A stretch of 64,000 bases of DNA from the human T2T-CHM13v2.0 reference genome, Homo sapiens, in assembly GCF_009914755.1 (NCBI RefSeq), contig NC_060930.1, one strand, 5' to 3'. Numbering within the stretch: position 1 is the first letter of the stretch; each line of letters begins with the position of its first letter. The position numbers were made by a program, and so were the translations under genes. This document shows, piece after piece, positions 14,845-28,086 of this stretch. The notes beneath the pieces are model-generated. The model had not been told where the DNA came from. It did not search any database and worked only from the letters and a program-made list of their open reading frames with translations.

Positions 14845-15204
14845 CTGAAATAACATAAGCACTTTCTTATTAAAGGGAGAACATACCAGAATGATCAGAA
14901 TATGTTTTCTATTTTGAATTCACTCATGGAAATTTAACAATTAAGTGATTACCAAATTGATTAATAACTTTTCTGGAAACTATTCTTTTAACATGAAGCT
15001 CATGTTAAAGGGCAGGGGTGGCCGCCTCTATGCTCAGTTACTAGGGGCAGGGTGATGGGGGAGCTCAGCTAAGGAAAAAGATGTGTTCTAGGGAATGAGC
15101 ACCTGAAAAGAAGGAAGGGACCACTTGAGGTCTGGCCTCGTGTGTCCCCACCAGGGTGAGACACGAACCTATAGAGGAAGAAGCCACCCTTTAGGGATAT
15201 GAGA

Positions 15205-15583
15205 TTATACAGTTTGGCTGTGTCGCCACCCAAATCTCATCTTGAATTGTAGTTTCCATAATCCCCACATGTCATGAGAGGGACCTGGGGGGAGGTAATT
15301 GAATCATGGGGGCAGTTACCCCGCTGCTGCTGTTCTCATGATAGTGAGTGAGTGCTCACAAGATCTGATGGTTTCATAAGGGGCTTTTCCCCCTTTTGCT
15401 CTGCACTTCCCCTTCCTGCCATCATGTGAAGAAGGACATGTTTGCTTCCCCTTCTGGCATGATTGTAAGTTTCCTGAGGCCTCCCCAGCCATGCTGATCT
15501 GTGAGTCAATTAAACCTCTTTTCTTTATAAATTACGCAGTCTCAGGTATGTCTTTATTAGCAAAGTGAGAAAGGACTAATACA
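15205..15583 (+). mobile_element. MaLR solo LTR (THE1-like)
   Basis: tttggctgtgtcgccacccaaatctcatcttgaattgtag...tgtgagtcaattaaacctct...ggactaataca. Confidence 0.85.
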
Positions 15584-15827
15584 TAAGGATATTGGGGAGA
15601 AAGGGATTGGCCAACTTTGCCTCAAAGAGATAACATCTGGGTCACTTGGAAACAAAGTGCCTCACCCTGATTCTGACTAAAATCCATTCCTTTTATTAAA
15701 TGAAGGATTTTTGTACGAGAACATGAGCAAGAAATATGAAATAAGTTATTTCTTGTTTTGTCATGATCTCCGAACTAACAGAATTAAGTTTGACTACACC
15801 CCTCTCTGGAGGCCATTCTGAGGCTAC

Positions 15828-16036
15828 CTGCTAGTGTAGTCCTTCCACTTGTCTGGGTCTTCCATGAGCTTCCTGTAGGTGCTGTCAATGGCAGCTCTGA
15901 GCTCTTTGAGAGTCACGTGACAGGTTCCAGGTGTGTCCCTTACTGGGTCCCGCACTGGGAGTTTCACACAGAGTTCCTCGATGAGCTGTAACCTTTTCTC
16001 ACAGAGATGATGAGGACCTTTGTCACTGAAGAAAAC
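15828..16036 (-). CDS. SYNE1: SYNE1 coding exon (~exon 27)
   Basis: ATTAG| ... |GTAGCC, 209 nt, phase 0/2; VFFSDKGPHHLCEKRLQLIEELCVKLPVRDPVRDTPGTCHVTLKELRAAIDSTYRKLMEDPDKWKDYTS(R). Confidence 0.95.
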
Positions 16037-16249
16037 CTAATGTGTAATAAATGTTTTTATAATCCCTGTGAGAAGCCACACAGTACTTCTACATTTTCAC
16101 AGAAAAACCAAAGGAAGATTCCCACGCAGACTACCAAGGTAGAGTAATTAAGCTATTATTTTTCAGACTCAAACCAAAATATTAGTAATATCCTTTATGG
16201 AACAATGTGACTTGACACGGCTATCCACATTGTGGTGTGGGAGACGTAC

Positions 16250-16408
16250 CCTGTGCTCTTTAATTATCTTTTCACTGCCTTCCTGGGGCATCAGCTTGGT
16301 CTCTCGATCCAGCTCAGTTCTGCATTCTTCTGCAGAGGCTAAGAACCTATTCTTCTCCACATCAATCTTCAGATGAAGCAAATGATAAGGGGCTTCTCCT
16401 TGAAGATC
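16250..16408 (-). CDS. SYNE1: SYNE1 coding exon (~exon 26)
   Basis: TGTAG| ... |GTACGT, 159 nt; DLQGEAPYHLLHLKIDVEKNRFLASAEECRTELDRETKLMPQEGSEKIIKEHR. Confidence 0.95.
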
Positions 16409-16641
16409 CTACATTCCATAGGAAGATTCAGAAAATTAGGATGAAGTTCCTGATTATGTACATTCCCAATTGAAGTGGCAAAAAAAAAACAAAAACCATA
16501 ACATATTCCTTTTAGGGCCAGTGTGAATGGGTCACTACTTTCCACACCTGGTCTCTCTACTTTGTATTTTTCCAAGTACCAGGACCACAGCAAATCCTTT
16601 CAGTCTGCTGTGGGTTAGGTGTTTCCTCAGTGATTACTTGA

Positions 16642-16981
<340 letters not shown>

Positions 16982-18786
16982 AGTGCTGCACAGTATTAAT
17001 GTTCTTATTTTACAGATTACATCATTAAGTCTCAGGGGTAAGTACAAAAGCTAGGATTTTACCATAGATTTAAATCATACCCTTTCCCCTGTATGTGTCC
17101 CTTTTGATTTTGTCAATGACCTTGTGAGGTAGGAGGGGCAGCTATTATACCCACTTCAAAAAGAAAGAACATGAGGAAAGCTTATTACTGAAAAAAAGTT
17201 TTAAAAAGAAAAGAAAAAAAAAAAGAAAACATAGCCCAGGCTGCTGACCACCTGCCATATCCTCTTTTCCTTAGATCATACATTGAGAAACAAGCAAGCA
17301 AGCACTCAAACACTACATAACATTTCATGTTCTTTTAAATGATAAACATAAGCTTCATCATTACCTTTAGTCCCATAATTAATTTTAACTAACTTCTATC
17401 CTATGGCATTTTAAAGGATTACCTTTGAAACAGAATACTAAGATGACTGATGAGAAAAATGAGGTGGGCCTATGGAAAGTCCCACCTAGATTAAATCCTA
17501 GAGGTGTGTGTGTGTGTGTGTAATAAAATACAACCTTCAGTTATAGTCTTTATTCCATAATACATTTACAATATGATATGCTTCAAAGACATCTAACAAA
17601 GCTTGGATTTCTTTAAGAATCCTTTTTTTAATGAAAAACTTGAATTTTCAAATTTAGTAATATAGCAAGTGAAAAGGATATTTCTTTAACTGTGTTTTTC
17701 TTGTGCACAGGGATAATTATTTAGCTTATGTTACTGAGATCTTAAAAATACACAAAGTGAGACAACCTGATGGAGAGAGTTTCAGCTGCCAATCTTCTGA
17801 ACTCCAAAACTCCTCCATGTAGCGCATGTGAAATATCACCTCAAGGTAGTACACACTCACCTAAAGCTAGAGCTGTCTTCCTCCTGTCTACCTCAAGGAA
17901 GACAGCCTTCCATGGGTCTCCACTGTGCTGCAGCTACTTCCAGAATCTGACATGCAGTCTGAAGTCAGCCTCCATGGGACAGACTCAGCTCATCTCCCAT
18001 GGTTCTTCCACAGCCCATGACACACAAGTCAGACGGAAGCCCGCGGGCCCCCGCGTCCCGCTGCACGCTCTCCTGCTTTCTCCCTTCTGTGCTGTTGTAT
18101 CACCCCCTGCTTACTCCCATTTCTGCTTCTTCTGTAAAGTTCTGGCTCAAAACTAGTTACCTGATTCGCTGTTTTCCAATTTCCAAGTGGTTCCACCTCC
18201 CTCTTTCAAAGCTTTCATAAATATATGCACATTTGGATTTATCATATTTATACTTGTATTATTTGCAACTAATTATCTCCTTTACTGAACTCTTAAGCTC
18301 TTGGGGGGAAGAGGGGTATGCTTTGTTCATCATTGAATTCTTGACTACAAAATGTTTTCATTTATATTTTTTGATCATAGCTATCTCAACTAGATGATAA
18401 AATCTTTGGGGGGCAGAAACTATACATACATGTTTTATGATTTCAGTAGGTATACCTAGCAAGATTTATTCAGCAGAGAGAAGCTTATGAAATGTTGCTA
18501 GAATAAGTTAAATGTTCTTGCACCCTGGATTAAAAAAAAATCAGGAAACCAAAAAGAATGCTCGAGTAATAGGATAAAATTGATGCTGATAATAAATAGG
18601 AATAACACAATTCTATCATATATTATCAGGTTTTATTTAAGTCCAGTTTTTTGAGTTTTTAAATGAGCGAAATAGTTACAGTGACTTTCCAGGAATTTCT
18701 AAATTTCTCTTACATTTGGACCTTAACACGCTCAAGCTTCTCCCTTCATTGAGGATGCACGGTGTCTCCGTCCTGTCCTGACTCAC

Positions 18787-18921
18787 CTTCCATTGTTTGT
18801 GGAGCTTTCGAACAGCTTCCTGCAGCCCCTGCTGCTCCTGCTCTGGAAGGATGTCGGTGAGTTCATCACAAGCTTTCAGGAAAGCATTGAGCACCCTCTG
18901 ATCCAGCTGACTGAAAAACTC
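18787..18921 (-). CDS. SYNE1: SYNE1 coding exon (~exon 25)
   Basis: TGTCAG| ... |GTGAGT, 135 nt; EFFSQLDQRVLNAFLKACDELTDILPEQEQQGLQEAVRKLHKQWK. Confidence 0.95.
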
Positions 18922-19367
18922 CTGACATGGAAGGGGAAAGTGGGTAAGAGTGTTGGACAGACGAAAAGGCAGCACCAGGCACGATCAGCCTCTAAGCCTC
19001 CAAACAAGCCTCTCAGCCAGCTGCTGCCCTCTTGCAGACTTCCAGGCACCCACTATTGTTTTTTAAGGATGAACTATGTGCACCTATAGTTATGAATCAG
19101 AAGCCATCATATCTGAAATTCTACTAGTATTTTTTATTTTTTAGAAAAATTCTTTGTGATTTTCAAATTTGGTAGAATATTCCAAAAGGAATATCTCATC
19201 TTCCAAGGGGAGATGCCAAAACCTTGATTCTGTAGCGATAGAGCTTCGGTTCCCCTTTGGTGAAGTCAGAAGAACAGAACAGAAGCCAGGACTAAGCCTC
19301 ATAATTCCACATTCCCCAACCACAGTGCTTCAGGGCCTGATGCTTCATCATGAGCCATTGTCACATT

Positions 19368-19455
19368 CACACATGTGCACACAGAAGCACACATGTGCAC
19401 ACAGAAGCACACATGTGCACACATAGGCACACATGTGCACACATAGGCACACATG
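19368..19455. repeat. 20-bp minisatellite CACACATGTGCACACA(GA/TA)(AG/GG), about 4.5 copies
   Basis: Direct 20-nt periodicity visible in the sequence. Confidence 0.9.
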
Positions 19456-19489
19456 CTAGCACCAAATTGTGTTCTTCTTCAGACTCATA

Positions 19490-19801
19490 TGGTATTTGGA
19501 GATGGGAACTTTGGAAGGTGGTTAGGTTCAGATGAGGTCATGGGGATGGGGTCCTCATGATAGGATTAGTGCGCTTATGAGGAGGGACACCAGAAAGCTT
19601 GCTAGCTCACTCTCTCTGCCATGTGAGGGCACAGGGAAAAGGTAGCCATCTGCAAGCCAGGAAGAGGGCCCTCCCCAGAACCCTACTATACTAGCACCTG
19701 ATCACAGATTTCCCTTCTCCAGAACTGTGAGAACATAAGTTTCTGTTGCTTTAGCCACCCGTCTATGGCATTTTGCTCTGGCAGTCAAGTAGATAAAGAC
19801 A
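19490..19801 (+). mobile_element. MaLR LTR (MLT1/MST-like)
   Basis: ggtatttggagatggg...catctgcaagccaggaagagggccctc...ctccagaactgtgagaa...aagaca. Confidence 0.8.
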
Positions 19802-20626
19802 ATACACATGCACATATTACATATGACTAAGTCTCACACAGTCTCAGGAGTAGACATGCAGAATTATTTTGTAAAAACAGTGATTCAAAACAAGAAGTAC
19901 CATACTGTAGAGGTGAATAAACTGAATGAGATGTTTTGTGTTTTGTGGTCACAGACATTAACCCTAAATCTAGTCTGCAGAATCACAAATACATTGCATA
20001 TATCATTTGAGAGTGTGGTTTATACAAATAGCCACTGAAATGTCAGGAAAGATAACTCAAATACATGTTCTCAGAGTGCTGGTTATTTCCATATACCATT
20101 CATGAACATTATGACTAATATTCCCAATATTGATATTGAGATGATAAACATGAAGATGGCTTTTCATGATAAACATGAAGATGATAAACATGAAGATACT
20201 GGGACAAGTTGTGTATCAGCCACCAGACTTCAAGTGACACAGTGTCTATACTATGATATGGTGAATGTATAAAATGAGCACAAAGGACTTAGCTAGTCAC
20301 CTCGAGTTATCTGTTTAAAAGAATCTTTAGTTATAGAAGAATTTGCAAGCTAAATAATGAATTAGTAATTTGGATAACTTGAATTATTCTATGACTCTCT
20401 ACTATTCTGGGGACTTAGGAATGGCCAATGACAAGTCAGCTCACCAACTCTCTTGAAGTTCTTTTTGCTCACCATATCTTTGGGTCTCATACCTAAAAAG
20501 TCTCTGCTTCCCTGACTCATCTGCCCGCTCTCCTTCTGTATCAGATCAGCATGCCTTTTTTAAGCTTTCCTCCAAGGTTGTTTGTCCATGTATTCAGGTC
20601 AAGTGTCCCCTAAAGGGTGGACTCAC

Positions 20627-20791
20627 AGTGTGTCTCCGCAGGAGCTCCTCTGGATCCCCCTTTTCCTCCAGGCCCTCCTGAGCAATCCGCAGTACCTTCT
20701 CCAACTCTGCTCGAGACTCCTCAAACTTCTTCATCAAGCGACTGTTGGTTTCCACATGCTTCTTCCAATCTCCAGTTTTCTTTACCATACT
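20627..20791 (-). CDS. SYNE1: SYNE1 coding exon (~exon 24)
   Basis: CATCAAG| (AAG-type acceptor) ... |GTGAGT, 165 nt; SMVKKTGDWKKHVETNSRLMKKFEESRAELEKVLRIAQEGLEEKGDPEELLRRHT. Confidence 0.93.
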
Positions 20792-21086
20792 CTTGATGTG
20801 AAAAACAATCATAATATGATGCTGCTTTCTCATTACTGAAAGGATCATTTTGTTAGAGGGTATTATTCATTTAAAAAGCACTTGGAAAAAAGACATTTCA
20901 TCATCATGGGAATAATTAACTCTTTTCAATATTAATTAATATTAGGTAAAAAAGTAGGACAATGATTGGCTTCCAAACACCAGCAGGTAAGGCGTTTTAG
21001 CAAGACCAAAAGCACGAGTGATGGTTTCTTGTCCTCACTCTGCATTTTCCCTGGCTCACAGCTCTAAAGCAGGGAGAGCAAATTAC

Positions 21087-21245
21087 CTGAAAAGCAACAT
21101 GAATATCTGCAATCTGTCTTTGTAGCCTCGTCTGATCAAAATGCTTTAACACGTTGCTCAAGGTCACAAACTTTTGAACACTTTGACTGCCTTTCTCAAT
21201 AAGTGTCAAGGTTTTCTTACAGTTTTCTTGACAAGCTAACAGTTC
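21087..21245 (-). CDS. SYNE1: SYNE1 coding exon (~exon 23)
   Basis: TTATAG| ... |GTAATT, 159 nt; ELLACQENCKKTLTLIEKGSQSVQKFVTLSNVLKHFDQTRLQRQIADIHVAFQ. Confidence 0.95.
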
Positions 21246-23953
21246 CTATAACGAAATGAAACCCCACAACAATGTTATTTACAAGACAGAGTGAGAGAGA
21301 AAGAAAGAGAGTGACCATTACAGATAATAAGAACAACATTATATAGCTTTTAGGCTTCTAACACCAATAAGTAAAACCAAAAGTATGGTGGAACATTTCA
21401 AAAGATCTCAATTTTAAACAATCACTGAAGTCAGTGCTTTCTTATATAAGGCATTTAAATGTTACAAAGAGTTTTTTTTTTGAGATTTTTAAATACCTCA
21501 TGTACATTTTATTGTCATTAAGAAAATGATAGAGCATCAAAAGTTGTCTAGGTCTGCATTCCTCTAGTAAGATGATAGGCCTGTTGTTTATTGAGAGAAC
21601 AATCATGAAATCAATGAATACATATCAGGTTTTAATGTGACTAAACAAATTGAGCATCAATGCACATTCACTTTGCTGAAAGAGATGCACTATATATATA
21701 TATATAGTATATCCTAAATTTATAATATTTGAAGGTGTACAACCTATCAGCCTTATTAATGAAATGGTAGGGTTCAGATCCTAATAAAAAAAGGCAGCAG
21801 ACCGATGCACTTGGGGAAGACTTGCAACTGCTGCACATCTGCAGGACAAGATGCAATGGTGACTTACAGACACCTCCACCTCTAACTTGTAGCCTGCAAT
21901 TGTGATTTTGGCAGTAGACAGCATGGAAATCATTGAGCCCAGCACAAGGCAGAGGGTCATTTTTTGGCTTGAATTACACCATTTGCATTTCAGTATCCTC
22001 AACTGCGTTAGAAAAATACTTCAAACTGCTCATTTGGATGCCATTTTTGGATATCCAGATGCAAATATCAAGAGCATGGTTTTTTTGTTTGTTTGTTTTG
22101 GGAAAAACAGAATAAAGACATACTTTTTCCTTTTGAAAACTTAGGAGATAAAAGGGTAATATAAGTCCAAAATGTATTATTAGATTTTATTATTAATAAT
22201 GCTATGAACATTATTTTAATTATGGAAAGATTGTATAATGACAACTTGTACAAATTTAGAAATGTAGGAGATATCACCATGTCTAAAAATGAAAGATAAT
22301 CTCTATCCAATACAATGAGAATGCAGTTTGGTGGTATAATCATTGTGGCTTCACTACAGATAATAATAATAATAATGCTATCAGTCATATAGTGCCACTT
22401 ATATGCTAGTGACATTATGGTGTATCTAATGTAATATCTGCAATAAGCTTTACACTCAGGTATTGTAGCCTTCATCTTAAAGTGAGGAAGTTAAAGCTAA
22501 TCAAAGCTTCCTAATTTGCAATATTAGATCTAAGATCTGAATATCTGTCAGACTCATTTCAGACACTCTCGGCTCTTTCTACTAATGATGCTACCTTCCT
22601 CCCATGAACCTATGTCAATTAATGCAGTGGCAAACCTTTTGTACATTAGTGTCTCTCTCTTCTGATGGACAGGTTCATTATAATAAACCAAATAACCCAA
22701 TTAACTACAACACTCAGTAGGAGACTGTTATGCATACAATCTGTTTACTAAAAATGAGACAAAGAAAAATGATTATCACATCAAACACATTTCCAGAGTT
22801 TCAAGGTTGTTTAAACTGTCATATTTCAAGAAGCAAAGTAAAGATCTCATAAGTCAGAGGTTATGGATACTGGATGAAAATGGAAAGCAATTGTTTTTAT
22901 TATATGTATATAAATATATATCAAATTATCTGTCTACCTATCTATCTATCTGTTTTCAAAGTATCAAGAAAAGAAGGCACATATACCTTTTTAAGTGAAA
23001 TTAACCATTTCGTCAATCAGCAAGGCAGCAGGTAATGCCTAAAGCTATGTGTGGGAAGCAACAGTAAATGATTCTCCAAAAGAAAGTCAATATAAGAAGG
23101 AAAATATTATATCTGTATATATAATACAAATATTTATATATTTTATATAAATATCCTCTCTGTATAAGTTTTATACATATAAAATTTATATATATTTATC
23201 TTTTAGTTATGTAATGTAGAGACAGGATATTTATTTAATTTTCTTATAGTGTCTTTCTACTAGCAAACCTAGGGATCACGTTTCATGAACAAAGCCCATA
23301 AAAAGTTTAATGTAAATAAATTCTTATCTGTATTTTTAAAAGGATAGACTATATGTGGTCTATTGCTAGTAGGCAGGAACTATAAGAAAAGTAAATAAAT
23401 ACAAAGCAGAGAAATAATAGAAAGTCCTTTGATTATGGGTACCCTTAATGTTTGAAGTTAGAGTGGCGGATTTGGCTCCATCTCTATAACACATCCCTTA
23501 TTTCACAGAGACATTGTGAACTTTGCACTTTCTGTAGTTGGGGCTCAGGATGCATGGCTTACGCGTGCACACAGGAGATGTTTATAAATGCTTGCTGAGT
23601 ATTGCCAGATCACAATGTTGCTCCATTGATAGAAAGGGGAGCTGGGTGCTCAAAACAAACCATTTTTTCTAACTTTGCTCAACTCAGTGAACTTACTGAT
23701 TCAGATGAATGAGCCTGGTTTGCACCTGAGTCCAGCTAGACCATTCCCTGGAAACAAACAGCTCACATAGCCCCTCCACTGACAGTGAATGGATTTTCAT
23801 CTTTGGACAAGACATGTATTTTTGTTTTGAGTTAGTAGTACTATTCTAGAAAAATGTTTCTTGTCCTCACTGAATTTCTATTCCTGTAAGCAACACCCTG
23901 GTCTTGTTACACATGCTTTAGAATAATTGTCTCCTGAAAAGGATTGTTCTCAC

Positions 23954-24127
23954 CTGATGTTTTTGTTTAAAAAGGGCACTCGATTGTGCCTCACACTCAA
24001 GAACTGTGATAATTTCATTGATTTTCCCAAGTGAGTCATAAAAGGACGTCATCTGCTTTTCTAATTCCTCCAACGGAATCAACAGCTGCTGAGACTCATA
24101 AAGGAGTGGGGAGTAACATTCTTTGAC
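23954..24127 (-). CDS. SYNE1: SYNE1 coding exon (~exon 22)
   Basis: TTTTTAAAG| ... |GTGAGA, 174 nt; VKECYSPLLYESQQLLIPLEELEKQMTSFYDSLGKINEIITVLECEAQSSALFKQKHQ. Confidence 0.95.
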
Positions 24128-26004
24128 CTTTAAAAACATAAAGACAAAAATTCCATGAAAGACCATTAAGTGCCACTAGCTCAGGGAACGTTCATAGCTC
24201 TGAGGAACATTTTCTTTAGTGACATGATCATTTGGTGCTTACAAATATCCAAAGACATTTCTTTAATGATATTTCCTCTATATTGTCAAATTTTGCTGTG
24301 AAAAATAATAGTGCTGTACCACTGAGACAAATAAATGGCTACTGAGTTTTCTCATGAAAATTCATCTAAATCGTCCATCTGGATAGCACTTTCTCATCTA
24401 AATGATTGTTTTTAGTGAGCCAGATGGCATCAAATTATACTTCATAAACCATGCAACTCATTTTCACTTTGGCCTTGAAATCTGACCTAAGACAGTCATG
24501 AATTATTATTATATTACCTAGACCAACCTGTGTCTTCCAGCTTTGTTTTCAAGAGATCGCCTACTTGAACCCTTGACTGCTGATAAACTTAGAAACCTGT
24601 TGACTCACTCTTCCCAGACAGGCCTGTGCTTTCCTGCCTCCCACCAGCTCCATGCTTTGCTGCTCCCTGCTTATCAACATCCTACTCATCCGAAGCACTA
24701 AAGTCACACCAATTTATTCATGAAGCTTCCCATGCTAGGGGAGGGCTCTGTAGTCCAAACTGATGCAGCCCTTACCTGTCACTTGTCTTGTAAAACATGT
24801 TTTAGTTTATAGACCTGCATTGTCTTAAAGATGAGGCCACTAGCTCCTGGAAATCAAGAGCTCCAGGAGGTGTCTACTCTTCATCCTCCAAGAACTTCCC
24901 ACCTCTTCTCATACTTTCAGATAACCAGGGAAAGGAAATTAATCAGTATTTGTTAGTAAGCCATTCTTTGTTTTTCATATAGTATAAAGACAATAATGTT
25001 CTAACCAGATGAGGCATATTCCAAAAAGTAATCCTTGAAGAAAGTGGGAGAGGGCAACATTTTGCTCTACTGTTAAACATAGAATTATGTATGAAGAAAC
25101 GTTTTTATGTTCTAGGATATACTGCCTGAAGTATACACTCATCAAAAGAAAGTTACCATCCTGCTACTGCAACAAGACTCTGATATAATTACCTTGAACA
25201 AAACCAAGAGAGTCTACTAATGTGTATACAAATCAGTGTGTTTTATTGATCTCTCCTGGGTAGAAGAGAAAACCTATCAAGATGCTGCATCTGAAACAGT
25301 AAAAAGGCAAATGACAATTTGCTTTCTCAGGGGTTGTCCTGAACACCTAAGCATGGCTCAGGCTAAGATGTGCAAGCCCAGCTATGGCCCTGAAAGCTGC
25401 TGGGGAGTTATCAAATTGGAAATGTTGACTTCAAATTGTACTTATTGTTTAGCAGCTTTTACTAGTAGCCAATATTATCATTATTGCCCACAACCTTTAA
25501 ATTATAAATAATTCTAACTTGAATGTTAAAATAAAATGAACTGAACATAAACATTCTCATACATACCATATTGATAGATAAAATTTTCTCTTTTTTATGG
25601 TCATGATTTTTCCTATTTTAGCTTTTTGAATGCATTCTTTTTCATTAATTCCCTACCACTGATGTCACAGAGGTTATTCTCTTCCTTTCTACCTTTCTTT
25701 CCTATTTAACAGGGTCTTCTACTTTGTTTCTACTTTGTTTTCCCATTCTTCATTTTAAAATATTTCCATTCATTTATTATAATCACTTCTCTCTTTTACT
25801 GGAAATTAATTACCCAATCTAGGTGGATTTTGCAAACAATACCATCTTCCTAAAATTCATATTTGGATAGATAACAAATCCCAATGGAACTTCCAAAGCT
25901 CTTAAGGAAAATCACTGAATAGACTAGAAAATGCTTATGACTAGTGCTTACATCCATCTAGTTCCCTAGTTCCCTGTACAGAAAAGGTATAAATGTATAT
26001 AATC

Positions 26005-26308
26005 TTTTTTTTTTTTTTTTTTTTTTGAGACAAAGAGTCTCGCCCTGTCACCTAGGCTGGAGTGAAATGGCGTGATCTGGGCTCACTGCAACCTCTGCCT
26101 CCCGGGTTCAAGTGATTCTCCTGCCTCAGGCTCCTGAGTAGCTGGGATTATAGGTGCACGACACCATGCCTGGCTAATTTTTGTATTTTTAAGTAGAGAC
26201 GATGTTTCATCATGTTGGTCAGGCTGGTCTCGAACTCCTGACCTTGTGATCTGCTCACCTCGGCCTCCCAAAGTGCTGGATTATAGGCGTGAGCCACCGC
26301 ACCTGGCC
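26005..26308 (-). mobile_element. Alu (AluS-like)
   Basis: Full dimer; TSD taaatgtatata. Confidence 0.9.
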
Positions 26309-26794
26309 TAAATGTATATATTCTAAGCCTAAGTGAGCTCCATGAGATGAGGAGGTCAGAATTTCCACGGCTTTGTGGCTATGCTTGCAGAAAATTGCAC
26401 AAATAAGTTTGGAGTGGAGATATATCAAACAAATCTTAACCAATTCTCATTTAAATTTATGATCCCCTCTTCTTCCTCCTCCTCATCTCCTTTTTCTCTT
26501 TATCTCTCTTTCCCTCTCTTGGTTTTATCACATGTAACCGTTCCCCAAAAGTATCTAACTTTCTATTAAAATATAGCTATAATACTTCTAAATTAACAGA
26601 GGTAATACTTGGTATCAGCATCATAGTTTTATTTTTTTTAATTCATGACAAAGTTACTAAATTGAGAATCCCAATTAGAAACAAAAGCATTGTTAACAAG
26701 TAAACACTTTGCCCATGGGGAGAAGGAGGTAGCAAGCAAGCTGAAGGCACTGTTGGTGTCACACAGCCTATTGTGCATTAAATTATTTTCGCAC

Positions 26795-26938
26795 CTTGGT
26801 TAGCTGCTCTTTGAGCTTTGACATGGTCGCAAACATTTCTTTTCCTTCTTCTTGGGGGCTTTCTTTGGTAATGAGGTGTGCTGTCTTTGTAATTATCTTG
26901 TATTGGGCATCCATCACAGGCACCCTCTGCTCAATATC
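26795..26938 (-). CDS. SYNE1: SYNE1 coding exon (~exon 21)
   Basis: ATGCAG| ... |GTGCGA, 144 nt; DIEQRVPVMDAQYKIITKTAHLITKESPQEEGKEMFATMSKLKEQLTK. Confidence 0.95.
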
Positions 26939-27933
26939 CTGCATGAATCATTGAAACAGCCAGATTCATACATGACACATTTCCTCTTAACTTCCAGATT
27001 CCACAGAAGGCAGAACAAAAATCAATATGCACTGTATAAAATCCAATACTTACACTAAACTTTCGACGATTCCAGTTTTTGCTTCCCTTCATTACTAATA
27101 AATATTGGTAATATTATATAGTTAATAAAATTTTCCTTTAAAAGTGACCAAAACATCAAGATTAGCTGAAATGATCTTTGTACTTTCCAAAACAAATCCC
27201 ATGTTAATGTAGTATGGAAATATAAAATAAAATGTAAATGTATATTTAAAATGTGGGGGAATTCTGACTTTAAAAATTAGACTGGTTTTCGTTAAAAAAA
27301 AAAAGTAACTCATTGCCATTATAAAAACTTATAAATTAGAAATATTAGGATAATGACAATTTAAATTACTTATAGTCTTCTCCCACAGTAAAACCCAAAG
27401 CCAACATCTTATCTATACATCATTAAGTTTTTTTTTCCTGTGTTTACACCCATTTTAAAATTTTTACAAAGACAAAAGAATGATACTGTTGTTTGCTTTT
27501 CTCATGTAACAATATATTGCAAAATCTTACCATGTCATTAAAAATTCTTCCACTACTTCATTTGTGAGAGCTGCAGGCTATTCAAAATATGCAAATACCA
27601 CAGTTCATGCAATAAATCCTTTATTATTGAAAGTATTTAGGTGCAGGTGCTATCTATAGATGTCTCCTGTTTTTTCCTAATACTTTTTAACTTGGTTGTA
27701 GAAAAAAAAAATCTCCAAACTGAGAAACAATTTGAAGTTACTTTATATGATCAAGACATGTCTTTTTTATGTTCAATACATTTTTTTATGACAGGTGCAA
27801 ATTGGGACATACAGACATGTCAAAATGATGCCCAGGAGACACAGAAACAGCTTTTGCAATGATCTGAATAAACTTGCTGATCTTTCCTCTCACAACAGAG
27901 TAGGCTTTTCATTTTGATTCAGAAACCCCTCAC

Positions 27934-28086
27934 CTCCAAGTCTTGAATTAATAGCTTGACATTCATAAAAGAGACTTCTAAGGGTTCAGAAAGTTTCTTA
28001 TGGGCTTCCGTTGCAAAAGCAGACAGGGTAACAACACAGTCTGTGTATTCCTTCTTCATTCTGTCCATCTCATCAGCTTGAGCATA
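27934..28086 (-). CDS. SYNE1: SYNE1 coding exon (~exon 20)
   Basis: AACAG| ... |GTGAGG, 153 nt; YAQADEMDRMKKEYTDCVVTLSAFATEAHKKLSEPLEVSFMNVKLLIQDLE. Confidence 0.95.

Noticed and set aside
20140-20197. Three copies of gatgataaacatgaa
   Set aside because: Small local slippage duplication with no further structure
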